DNA of 48,452 nucleotides from a virus (Duplodnaviria; Heunggongvirae; Uroviricota; Caudoviricetes): IMG/VR virus record IMGVR_UViG_2718218453_000005; one strand, 5' to 3'. Shown piece by piece: positions 32,133 to 40,766 of this stretch (position 1 is its first letter; each line of letters starts with the position of its first letter). The notes under the pieces were generated by a model. It saw only the letters and a program-made list of their open reading frames with translations, ran no database searches and was not told where the DNA came from. The position numbers and the translations under genes were made by a program.

Positions 32133-32498
32133 GGAAATAATCAAGATTAATGATATATTGCTTATCTCATCCCCCACTGTCTTTCACCCGGAAAACATTT
32201 ATCGTTAAAAATATATCATAAGTAATTAAATTGAAATTTCAGAACACAACTAATGCACACAATAAGATTCAGTAACAGTAATCTATGCGGACTATATCGA
32301 GATTTTTTAGTTAAACTTTAATAAGTTATTCCTAACACACAGAATGCACAAACTAAAAGTAAAACAAATAGTTATACGAAAAACAACCATATTGATTCTA
32401 TCTTCTCCTCTAATCAACATATCAATTATGTGTTTCATAACAGCTTGACATAACCCTCAAAAAGGTGCATTTATAATGCATTTTTTATGGGGGTGGTT

Positions 32499-32840
32499 AT
32501 GACACACAAGAGAATTCCTAAAGACTGGGTAATCAAACGCTCAACTCCGTTCTTCACAAAAGAGAACGTACCTTCAGCGTTATTAACACATCATAATACA
32601 GCAGCAGGTGTTTTTGGACAGTTATGCGTGATGGAAGGTACTGTAACATATTATGGTTTTGCTGATGAGAATGCTACTGAACCGGAGATAAAAGTAGTCA
32701 TTAATGCTGGCGCTTTTGCAACAAGCCCACCACAATACTGGCACCGTGTTGAACTAAGCGATGATGCTCAGTTTAATATTAACTTTTGGGTAGCTCCAGA
32801 CTTCTCAGGCGAAAAAGTCTATACCGCAAAAAAAGAATAG
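32499..32840 (+). CDS. YeaR-like (DUF1971-type) small protein
   Basis: 113 aa from ATG with GGGGGTGG SD; preceded by TATAAT box; similarity to YeaR recalled only loosely. Confidence 0.5.
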   Translation: MTHKRIPKDWVIKRSTPFFTKENVPSALLTHHNTAAGVFGQLCVMEGTVTYYGFADENATEPEIKVVINAGAFATSPPQYWHRVELSDDAQFNINFWVAPDFSGEKVYTAKKE

Positions 32841-32922
32841 CCACGCTATAAATATCTTATTAACTAGTCCCGGCGTGGTTCTTTCCCCGCTGGGTCTTTT
32901 ACTCAGATTAGTAGTCTACGAA

Positions 32923-33048
32923 TCAGAGCCTCCGTCTGCCAGTTCGGATTCGTACCTCGCAGAGGTCTTTCCTCGTTACCAGTGCCGTCACTATGACGGT
33001 TAAACAGATGACGATCAGGGCGATTAACATCGCCTTTTGCTGCTTCAT
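32923..33048 (-). CDS. Hok/Gef-family type I toxin homologue, C-terminally divergent (possible pseudogene)
   Basis: my translation MKQQKAMLIALIVICLTVIVTALVTRKDLCEVRIRTGRRRL; first 36 residues as HokD/RelF as recalled, C-terminus unlike Hok proteins; short upstream ORF ends at hok ATG. Confidence 0.5.
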   Translation of the reverse strand: MKQQKAMLIALIVICLTVIVTALVTRKDLCEVRIRTGRRRL

Positions 33049-33642
33049 AGCCTGCTTCTCCTTGACCTTTCGGTCCGTAAGAGGCTAATCTCTATGTGTC
33101 GCATAGATATGGCCTCAGATTAATGTTAAACGTCTTGCAGGACGCGTAATGTTAACTGGGGCTTTTCTCTATCTGCCGTTGGTGTTCATGCCTGAGACAG
33201 ATAGCCTCAAGCACCCGCAGCCATTCTACTTAACTCCCGTCACCTCGCCAATATGAAATCAGTCAGAAAGGCGATCCATAAGAACAACAGCAAGGCAATA
33301 AATTGCCATTACAGCAGCAATAGCCAGCGCACATTTGAGAACCAGCACCACAACCTCCTGTATTGGACGTACACCAGTCCTGATAAATATGAGGCTGTCT
33401 CGTCAGTGATTCAATACAACTATTGGGTATAGTTTCTGTGATTTTGTTCTGTAGAAATGGAACACAACAACCAGTCACCACCAGCACTTCTTTAAATACG
33501 CCAAGTCCGACGCAAGCTAACCTTCTAGGCCGCTTTGAGCGAAGAGCGGACGCTCGCATCTGTCCCAACACACTGAGGGCTTCACGAACACCTAGGTGTA
33601 CTCGTCAACTGGGAAAAAGTCAGATTATCTGCGTAAGTTTCA

Positions 33643-33674
33643 GCGTAAAAATTGGGCACTATAAAAGTGCCCAA
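33643..33674 (-). terminator. rho-independent terminator downstream of NTPase gene
   Basis: minus strand TTGGGCACT-TTTAT-AGTGCCCAA followed by TTTTTAC, ~25 nt after stop. Confidence 0.65.
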
Positions 33675-33695
33675 ACTGTAGAAAAATACATAATG

Positions 33696-36600
33696 CTATG
33701 TATCTGAGCCAAACATAGAGCGCCGCCTTGTTATTTTATAATAAGTGGGATTTTCATTATCCACCTCAAAATCAGAGAAGAAGTGGTTATCTCTTAATGC
33801 TGTTAATAAACTTTGATTAGTTGAATCAACTTCAATTTTAGGTTTGCCTCGCCCCAAAATTTTACTGAACTCCGATAAACCAAGCAGATCAAGATACTCT
33901 TTGCAAGTCGTCTTACTCAAATCCTTACCCGGCAACAAAGCGATTAGCAGTGCTATTTTATTCTGCATATTCAGTCCCTCTGCGACAAACAGGTTTTTTA
34001 GTAACGGTTCAGAAACATCATTAGGACTTGCTATCAATGCTGATATATCCTGTATTGCTCGACTCAAGATGAGCGACTGAGTAGAGGTTCCCCAAGTTTT
34101 ATAAGATGACGTCAAGATTAGAAGTTCATCTGGTTTAAAATTATTTTCTAAAATATAGTCATTAACGACCTGAGAGTAATTCTTACTATAAATAGCCAAC
34201 GGAGTTTTAACAAACTCGAGTAGCTTAACTTTCAAATCATCATCAACTTTCCAAGAAAGTATTGATATAGCCTCATCCAAAATAAAGTTATCAATCGTCA
34301 TTAATTCAACGTATGCCCTGATATTCTTATGAATATAATAGGAAAGTTGCTCTGAATAGTTATCTCGTATGAAATTAAGTGGCGCAACATTCATACGAAT
34401 AATATTTTTATCCACTAATATTTTGAACTTATCACTCGCGATATTACTAGCGCTAAAGGATGTTTTACAAATAATATTTAGTGAGCAAATTAATTTTTCA
34501 TATTTATCATTTGATAAATCATTACAGATAACAATCGATTTAAATAATTTACCTTTAAGCTCGTTATCAATATTAATATTTTGAAAATTCAGGTCTACAT
34601 CAGTTCTATTGATAAATTCGATAAGTGAGTCATCCAGTCCATCAACATGTTCAAAATAAGAGACAATATTTTCCTCAGAGCACACTGCTCTATCTTTATC
34701 CAACAAAGATGACCATAAAGATTCGCTCTCAACCTCACTCAGAGATGTCACGAAAGTTTGCAAAGCGTTTATATACTGGCCTTTTTGTTCATCAGATATT
34801 CCCTCATTATTAAGAACGGATAAAACAATGGATTCATCATCCACGATTGAACCATCACAACTAGATAAAACCATATCCAGATAGTCCCTAATATGGTTAT
34901 TAACATAACTAGCCAAGGGAGAATCAGGTTGTGACATCACTAGTGTATAGTTCTTATGGCGAATATCATCTTCACTATTAAGCGTGTAAACCTTACTCAG
35001 CATTAAGGTCAGGTTGGAAAAATTAATATCATAAAGTGAATGCTGGTAAACCGCATCAAAGAGTACTTTATTTGCGTTTTCAAATTTAATACTGACAAAA
35101 GAGACGTTAAGCAACTTAAAACCACTAATTAATTTGTCAACCTTCGGTTCTGATATTGCTAAATAACCTGCCGAATCAGAGATGTAATCAGTCAGACAAT
35201 CATCAATATTAATGGCCTCGATGGCGTCATTGGCAGAATAATAAAACGTGCCTATAGAGTAGAGTTTAACCCAATCAGCAGAAAATTCACTCTCTGTCAG
35301 CGCATAAGAAAAAAACTCAGGCCACTGTGTATTTAATCGATTAATGAAGACAGGCTGAGCCCTCTCAGTTTCAAAGTAACCACGAATAAACTCAACTCTT
35401 CTATCTTTTCTTAGTTGTTTGAATAAACGTTTTATTAAGTTTACCTGGGCTGGCGTTTGAAGCAGATAAGCTAATAAATCAAAATTAAGCGCCTCTTCCT
35501 GTTCAAAATCCACTTCTCGAAGGCGGGCAACGACCAGCTTGGGGTTCTTGAGTTGATAAGTGAACTCTTTGCCTTTTTGATCGGTAATGCTGCGTAAAAA
35601 CATCTTATCAATTCGACTCAGGCTATTTTCATAAAAATAGGTCATATAGTCGGTATAGGTTTCATCAATATAACCATCACGAATAAGGTATTTAAGCAAG
35701 TCAAAATACTCACTGCTTTTTATTTCATTAAAGTCTCTTTCCTCTCCAATTTCATTGGTATAGGTGAGTTTAAATATTTCATCAATGTTTTCTCTAGTTA
35801 TTACTTCTTTAAGTCTTTTGTTTCTAGAATCAACCAAACTTTCTCTTGATCTTGATATAAGCTCATTAATTTCTTCTATTTTACCATTAAATTTATTTTC
35901 AACACTTTCTTTTCTAGCCGCCCTTCTCTTTGCTATATCAGCTTTCTCAGCCTGATTATAGTGAGGATGATTATTATATCTAGATAATTCCTTATCGTAT
36001 ATAGCATCAACCTCCTGACTAGAGTTGAGTATTTCATCATTGATTGCCTCAATCTCTTTTTTTCTATCTCTAATATCTTTTTCTATTTTCTTTATTTCTT
36101 CAATAATAAGGTTGTCTTTTTCACTAAATATGGTATAAACCATACCTTGATTAAGTTGCAACTCACTAAAATCTCTTGGGAAAATATTCTTATAGGCAAT
36201 AATGGCCAACATTTTATTACAGTCAAGTTCTGTCGTGTTTAATTTGTTATAATAAATTTGAAATTCGTTATAAATATTCTTCAATATTCTCATATCATCA
36301 ATATATAAAGACATCCCTTGTAGAAATCTTTCATTGAACAACTTGAGAATACCACCACCATCAAAATGTGTGATAAACTGATCGTAAGAGTTAGAACTAT
36401 CAACAACAGGAATAACTGGAATGATATAATCAAAGAATTTGGTTCTATCCTTCGAAATGAAGATATCATCACGAAGCAAGTAAATAAAACGTAACGTCGA
36501 TTTCTTGTGCCCTGCTGTGTCCCGTTGAATATTAACCAGTCTGTTAACCTCATGAAGACGTTCAAAGATGTTATTACTATTAAAACGGTCCATGTCTTCA

Positions 36601-37328
36601 AAAACAATGGCATCAGCATCAACGTTCTCGAAAAGGTACAATACTTCATTTAAATATCTATCGAAATAAGACTCGTTACTTTCTTCAAAAATCTCTATTT
36701 CATTACCCTGTAAATTTATTTTCTTAAGAACATTACGATTCTTTTGGGTTTTTATTAACTTGTAAATGAAAATACAAGATAGGATAGTACATATAAACCC
36801 ACTAATTAAAAGCGTATCGTATTTAGTTGATAATGTAAGTAGTGTCTTTATATTACCTTCAGATAAAAGTGAAACAAACTTTTCCCACTTATTAAATAGC
36901 GTGATATGTAGTATCATGGCGATAAATAACACCGTAAAGATGGTGTTTATCACAATGTTGTTAGTTTTTATTTTTTTCTTTACTTTAAAATGTGTCTGGG
37001 GAATATCATCAGCATTAATTTGGTGAATTAACTGGTTAAGAACTTTACCTTCTAACGCGGTTTCATTTATATCTTTACTTGGTTCATTAGTTTCAGCTTC
37101 CTCAATCGATCTGAAATGAGCAAGTGAGATATGAACAAACTTTATATTTGAATGACTTTTCTTATAGGATTCGATAAGACTACTTTTTCCTGCGCTATAT
37201 TGCCCTGATATCGCAACATTTTTTAGATCGTTATTGGCAAAAACAAAATCTATCGCATTTTTATATACACCCAGCTCAACATCGCTGAACGGCGTTAACT
37301 TTTGAAATTTATAGCTATCATCACTCAT
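33696..37328 (-). CDS. KAP-family / YobI-like transmembrane P-loop NTPase (candidate anti-phage defence protein)
   Basis: 1210 aa; Walker A-like ISGQYSAGKSS, two hydrophobic helices inserted before Walker B-like AIVFEDMDRF; long helical C-terminal region; AT-rich; own SD and terminator. Confidence 0.8.
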   Translation of the reverse strand: MSDDSYKFQKLTPFSDVELGVYKNAIDFVFANNDLKNVAISGQYSAGKSSLIESYKKSHSNIKFVHISLAHFRSIEEAETNEPSKDINETALEGKVLNQLIHQINADDIPQTHFKVKKKIKTNNIVINTIFTVLFIAMILHITLFNKWEKFVSLLSEGNIKTLLTLSTKYDTLLISGFICTILSCIFIYKLIKTQKNRNVLKKINLQGNEIEIFEESNESYFDRYLNEVLYLFENVDADAIVFEDMDRFNSNNIFERLHEVNRLVNIQRDTAGHKKSTLRFIYLLRDDIFISKDRTKFFDYIIPVIPVVDSSNSYDQFITHFDGGGILKLFNERFLQGMSLYIDDMRILKNIYNEFQIYYNKLNTTELDCNKMLAIIAYKNIFPRDFSELQLNQGMVYTIFSEKDNLIIEEIKKIEKDIRDRKKEIEAINDEILNSSQEVDAIYDKELSRYNNHPHYNQAEKADIAKRRAARKESVENKFNGKIEEINELISRSRESLVDSRNKRLKEVITRENIDEIFKLTYTNEIGEERDFNEIKSSEYFDLLKYLIRDGYIDETYTDYMTYFYENSLSRIDKMFLRSITDQKGKEFTYQLKNPKLVVARLREVDFEQEEALNFDLLAYLLQTPAQVNLIKRLFKQLRKDRRVEFIRGYFETERAQPVFINRLNTQWPEFFSYALTESEFSADWVKLYSIGTFYYSANDAIEAINIDDCLTDYISDSAGYLAISEPKVDKLISGFKLLNVSFVSIKFENANKVLFDAVYQHSLYDINFSNLTLMLSKVYTLNSEDDIRHKNYTLVMSQPDSPLASYVNNHIRDYLDMVLSSCDGSIVDDESIVLSVLNNEGISDEQKGQYINALQTFVTSLSEVESESLWSSLLDKDRAVCSEENIVSYFEHVDGLDDSLIEFINRTDVDLNFQNINIDNELKGKLFKSIVICNDLSNDKYEKLICSLNIICKTSFSASNIASDKFKILVDKNIIRMNVAPLNFIRDNYSEQLSYYIHKNIRAYVELMTIDNFILDEAISILSWKVDDDLKVKLLEFVKTPLAIYSKNYSQVVNDYILENNFKPDELLILTSSYKTWGTSTQSLILSRAIQDISALIASPNDVSEPLLKNLFVAEGLNMQNKIALLIALLPGKDLSKTTCKEYLDLLGLSEFSKILGRGKPKIEVDSTNQSLLTALRDNHFFSDFEVDNENPTYYKITRRRSMFGSDT

Positions 37329-37727
37329 TGATATCCCTTCCCAATCTTCACCGAGAGAGCTGGCTTTCGGAGTTAATCAAACAAAATCATGCAGATAAAA
37401 TTTCGCCTTATTATAGCAGACACAACTGCAAAGATTAGCTAAAGCCTCGTTGTTTTCTTCATCTATCCCTATAATTTTACACTACAGTTAGCACTTACTA
37501 TACCTGAAAGCTTTGCTCGTAAAGAGCACAATCGCAAGTCAGCAAAGCACGACTTTGCAATCGAGCGCCGCTAAAACAGTGCTGAATCGCTACGACTTAG
37601 GCAGCCATCTTATCGGTTGGCAGATAATTTCTAACTTCCGCTTCTGGCACAAAGCGGACAACCACGATAGCTCTATCCTGTGCCACAAAATGTCAATTCA
37701 CATCTTAACTAATGCATTTTAATCTCG

Positions 37728-38150
37728 TCACTTTAATAAATACCGAACATTCCCCTGATAAAACGACAATATGCGCTGCATAACTTCGTTTTTACGACAC
37801 TCAGTACAAATTATATTATGATGCCTGTCGTAACGACGTATTTCTCCATCAGGTAATGACCAGATAAGGTCCGGATCAACCGCAGATGGTTTCTTCAGCT
37901 TTGCCCTTGAGAGCTTTTTACGGGCATTTTGCCAGTCCTTACGCGCCTGTTCAGACGGGAATAACCCGTAACCAGAATTGTATACATCACCGCTGGCAAC
38001 CAGCTCTCTCGCGAGAACGCTCATCAGATATCTTGTCGCACCTGTCTTGACTTCCAGTTGTCGTAACGTCTCACGCCCACTCTGGCGTACGAGTTCAACA
38101 ACCTGCCCTTTAATTTTTTCTCGCTCTTCTTGTGTAAAAACTTTTGCCAC
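37728..38150 (-). CDS. hypothetical protein (basic, 140 aa) downstream of replication gene
   Basis: GTG start with AGGAGGG SD 4 nt upstream; C-terminal CxxC... Confidence 0.55.
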   Translation of the reverse strand: MAKVFTQEEREKIKGQVVELVRQSGRETLRQLEVKTGATRYLMSVLARELVASGDVYNSGYGLFPSEQARKDWQNARKKLSRAKLKKPSAVDPDLIWSLPDGEIRRYDRHHNIICTECRKNEVMQRILSFYQGNVRYLLK

Positions 38151-38190
38151 AAGCCCTCCTGAAAATTACCTCATGACCAGAAATTAACAC

Positions 38191-39261
38191 TTACCCCCTG
38201 AAGCCCGGCGGAATTTCGGTATCCGGTTCAGAAATATGATTCACACAACGCTGGTTGTTCGTGCCGTTTACCGGGAGCAACCAGGGGTTTTCAAAATTCC
38301 GGTCCGGTCCAAAAAACGTCGTCGCTCGCTGAACAAATTCCGTTCCCGTTTTCCCGGTAGCCGCCAAGTATCTTGCGTAACGCCTCACGCCATCCAGCAT
38401 GGCCTCTGGTGGCACCCCCTCGCGTAATCTGGCCTTCCAGGCACTGAAAGCGGATTTCTTCGGGTTTGCCCCGGCACGCAACGGGTACTCCCGCCAGATC
38501 TGTTCGAACACATCCGGATAATCCACTCGTCCCACAGGCTGCCCGGTGTTTTCCGGGACTACCCGATCGGCTTCCCGCTGAATGGCGGAATCGGCTTCGG
38601 GCTGCTGCAGTTGGTGTGATTGCTCCAGCCTTGCGGTCATCACCTGCTGCACAGCGCCCGAATCGGCTTTCAGCGCATACGCTGAATCGGCTTCCGGTGT
38701 CGTGCCTGCTGGCTGACCAAGATTGACGGTCTGAACATCCCCTGCCTGGTTCGTGGCGTTTTTTACGCCATGAACCATAGTATTTTGATCTTCTTGATCT
38801 GTATCTTTATCTGTATCTTTATCTGTCGTGACTCGTCGTGACATGTGCGTGACATTTCGTGACGCGTCGTGACAATCGCCATTTTGTTCCCGCTTTCTTT
38901 CCCTCTCACGCTGCGCCCTCTTGCGCTCTGCCGGAGATTTTGCGGTTTGCGAAATATTGCCGTTGTCCTCTTTAAGCACCTGGCGTTTTTCCCATCCAGT
39001 GATTAAATCACCATCAAGTACCCGCCCCTGCATCGTCTGCAAAATTGAATCAATTACCTCTTCTGTCACGTCGAGCGCACTTGCCAAATCTTCTGTCGTG
39101 ACATCAATGTGACCTCGCGTGACATTTCGTGACGCGCTCACCAGGAGGTGGATATACACTGCCATCACTGTTGCAATTGGCTGCCCTGACACCCTGGCAA
39201 TTGTTCGCCACTTAGGGTCATTTGGCATGTCATGCCATAATCTGAGCCAGGCGTTAGCCAT
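38191..39261 (-). CDS. YdaU-like putative replication initiation protein
   Basis: trimmed to ATG (MANAWLRLWHDMPNDPKW...) with GAGGTGA SD; contains internal iteron arrays; follows ydaS/ydaT as in Rac. Confidence 0.7.
   Translation of the reverse strand: MANAWLRLWHDMPNDPKWRTIARVSGQPIATVMAVYIHLLVSASRNVTRGHIDVTTEDLASALDVTEEVIDSILQTMQGRVLDGDLITGWEKRQVLKEDNGNISQTAKSPAERKRAQRERERKREQNGDCHDASRNVTHMSRRVTTDKDTDKDTDQEDQNTMVHGVKNATNQAGDVQTVNLGQPAGTTPEADSAYALKADSGAVQQVMTARLEQSHQLQQPEADSAIQREADRVVPENTGQPVGRVDYPDVFEQIWREYPLRAGANPKKSAFSAWKARLREGVPPEAMLDGVRRYARYLAATGKTGTEFVQRATTFFGPDRNFENPWLLPVNGTNNQRCVNHISEPDTEIPPGFRG
38827..38873. repeat. iteron-like array: five CGTGAC repeats at 10-11 bp spacing
   Basis: copies at about 38827, 38837, 38848, 38858, 38868; preceded by tandem ATCTGTATCTTT x2. 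Confidence 0.65.
39097..39133. repeat. second iteron-like array: four (C/T)GTGAC repeats at 10-11 bp spacing
   Basis: copies at about 39097, 39108, 39118, 39128; one inverted copy GTCACG near 39065. Confidence 0.6.
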
Positions 39262-39332
39262 ACTCACCTCTTCTGATACCGAATCTTTTTACTCACGAGT
39301 TGCCGGAAGCGATTCGATATGGCTATTGTCAG

Positions 39333-39758
39333 TCAATGTACTGCCACAGCATTTCCTGCCGGGCCACCACGGTTCATCTGATTGAAACCGGCGATTGCCA
39401 CTGCGACAAAATCATCAGCGTCTCTCACCAGTCGCTCCCGCGTCTCCACCAGCTCCCGAAAATAAGCTGAACTGTGGCTGCGCATTCTGGCCACCAGCAA
39501 AGGTGGCATTGCCTTTTCGATCGCTGGTAACAACGCCTGAATTTTTTCAACTGCATCAGGGGTGTCTTTCTCTACCCAGCGGAAAATTTTCTGGGTATTG
39601 CGAGCCAGGGCTTCCGGATGGCTGTCGTCATACAGTTCCGGGAACGTCATTCCCAGCTCGAAATACGCTTTGGTAATTTTCGCAGCCGGTACTTTTTCGC
39701 CGTCCGGATGCGCCCAGGCATTCATCGCCATGCGGATGTGTTCATGCTTGATTTTCAT
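39333..39758 (-). CDS. ydaT: YdaT-like protein (CII-like regulator family)
   Basis: 141 aa, MKIKHEHI... N-terminus as K-12 YdaT as recalled; ATG overlaps ydaS stop. Confidence 0.8.
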   Translation of the reverse strand: MKIKHEHIRMAMNAWAHPDGEKVPAAKITKAYFELGMTFPELYDDSHPEALARNTQKIFRWVEKDTPDAVEKIQALLPAIEKAMPPLLVARMRSHSSAYFRELVETRERLVRDADDFVAVAIAGFNQMNRGGPAGNAVAVH

Positions 39759-39970
39759 GAATCATTCTTTCCTTCGTTCGAGGTGCTATCCTGCTTCTTG
39801 TAAAGTTCTGGGTTGTATTTCAATTCACCGTTAGTAATTTCATCCAGTTCCATTGCGCGAAGTTTGGGAATAACTGCTTGCCACCGCACAACAGCCACAT
39901 GTGAAATTCCAAGAGCCTCAGCTACTAGTCGCTTTTTTTTGAAATAGCGCAGAACATCATCTTTGAACAT
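39755..39970 (-). CDS. ydaS: YdaS-like Cro-type HTH regulator
   Basis: 71 aa, HTH (LVAEALGISHVAVVRWQ), AGGAG SD, divergent from repressor gene. Confidence 0.8.
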   Translation of the reverse strand: MFKDDVLRYFKKKRLVAEALGISHVAVVRWQAVIPKLRAMELDEITNGELKYNPELYKKQDSTSNEGKNDS

Positions 39971-39999
39971 AAAACTCTCCTGTTATTTCGAGCAGGAGG

Positions 40000-40013
40000 G
40001 TAACAATAGTTAC
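40000..40013. promoter_or_regulatory. putative operator palindrome GTAAC-N4-GTTAC (site 1)
   Basis: GTAACAATAGTTAC in divergent intergenic region between ydaS-like and repressor genes. Confidence 0.5.
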
Positions 40014-40047
40014 ATAGCAATGTCAACCATAGCAACATCACTTGGTA

Positions 40048-40061
40048 GTAACATTGGTTAC
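40048..40061. promoter_or_regulatory. putative operator palindrome GTAAC-N4-GTTAC (site 2)
   Basis: GTAACATTGGTTAC immediately upstream of repressor ATG at 40062. Confidence 0.5.
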
Positions 40062-40736
40062 ATGAAAAACACTATCAGCGAACGTATTCGGAATCGTCGA
40101 AAAGACGTTGGATTAACCCAACAGCAGGTTGCGAAAGCAATCGGCATATCTCGTGTATCCGTAACAAAATGGGAAAATGGCTCTTCAAAACCTGACGGTG
40201 AGAATTTGCATCTACTGTCAAAATTGCTTTCCAAATCTCCTGAATGGATTCTTTATGGAAAGGACGGTCACGATAAAACCGATGATCTGCGTCTGAATCA
40301 GTATCTTTACATTAGTGACAACATCGCCCGGTTGCCCGTTTTAACGTGGGAACAGGCTGGTTATTGGGATATGAGTTGTCCAGTAACCGAGATTCCTGGC
40401 ATTAAGAATTGGGTTGATGTCATGACAAAAACCGCTGAAAACTCTTTTTTATTGCATGTTGAGGGAGATGCGATGACAAACTCTAACGGCCTCCCAACCA
40501 TCCCCGATGGATCTACCGTGCTGATCACACCATGCTCAAGTAACATTAGAGAACTGGTGGGAAAAATAATCTTAATCCAATTGGAAGGAACGCCAAACGT
40601 AACACTAAAAAAAGTTGCGATTGACGGACCAAACATCTATCTGTTGTCACTGAATCCGCTTTACAAACCCATCGAACTGAATGGTGGTTACACCATTAAA
40701 GGTAAAGTTTCACAAATACATCAATACTTAGACTGA
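40062..40736 (+). CDS. CI-like prophage repressor (HTH_XRE N-terminal, S24 LexA-like C-terminal domain)
   Basis: start placed at ATG after both operator palindromes (ORF-track start 39963 is TTG and overlaps ydaS); HTH LTQQQVAKAIGISRVSVTKWENG; S24 motif reads VEGDAMT (Ala at Ser position); conserved Lys in TLKKV. Confidence 0.75.
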   Translation: MKNTISERIRNRRKDVGLTQQQVAKAIGISRVSVTKWENGSSKPDGENLHLLSKLLSKSPEWILYGKDGHDKTDDLRLNQYLYISDNIARLPVLTWEQAGYWDMSCPVTEIPGIKNWVDVMTKTAENSFLLHVEGDAMTNSNGLPTIPDGSTVLITPCSSNIRELVGKIILIQLEGTPNVTLKKVAIDGPNIYLLSLNPLYKPIELNGGYTIKGKVSQIHQYLD

Positions 40737-40741
40737 GTCAG

Positions 40742-40766
40742 AACCCGCATTCATTGCGGGTTTTTC
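40742..40766 (+). terminator. rho-independent terminator after repressor gene
   Basis: AACCCGCA-TTCAT-TGCGGGTT followed by TTTTT, 6 nt after stop. Confidence 0.7.

Noticed and set aside
33263-33571. 102-aa Cys-rich minus-strand ORF
   Set aside because: Sits in the presumed hok leader/intergenic region, no SD; Cys richness comes from TGC/TGT-rich repeats; more likely structured non-coding RNA region than protein.
33588-33600. 12-bp perfect palindrome ACACCTAGGTGT
   Set aside because: Single short palindrome with no second copy or flanking promoter elements; cannot distinguish from chance.
38790-38880. Tandem short repeats considered as a possible CRISPR array
   Set aside because: Repeat unit is only 6 bp core at 10-11 bp phasing, no spacers of CRISPR length, and it lies inside a protein-coding gene; interpreted as iterons.
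39963-40061. TTG start of the repressor ORF at 39963 and ATG at 40020
   Set aside because: Would put both operator-like palindromes and the ydaS start inside coding sequence; the AGGAGG at about 39993 is the reverse complement of the ydaS SD, not a repressor SD.
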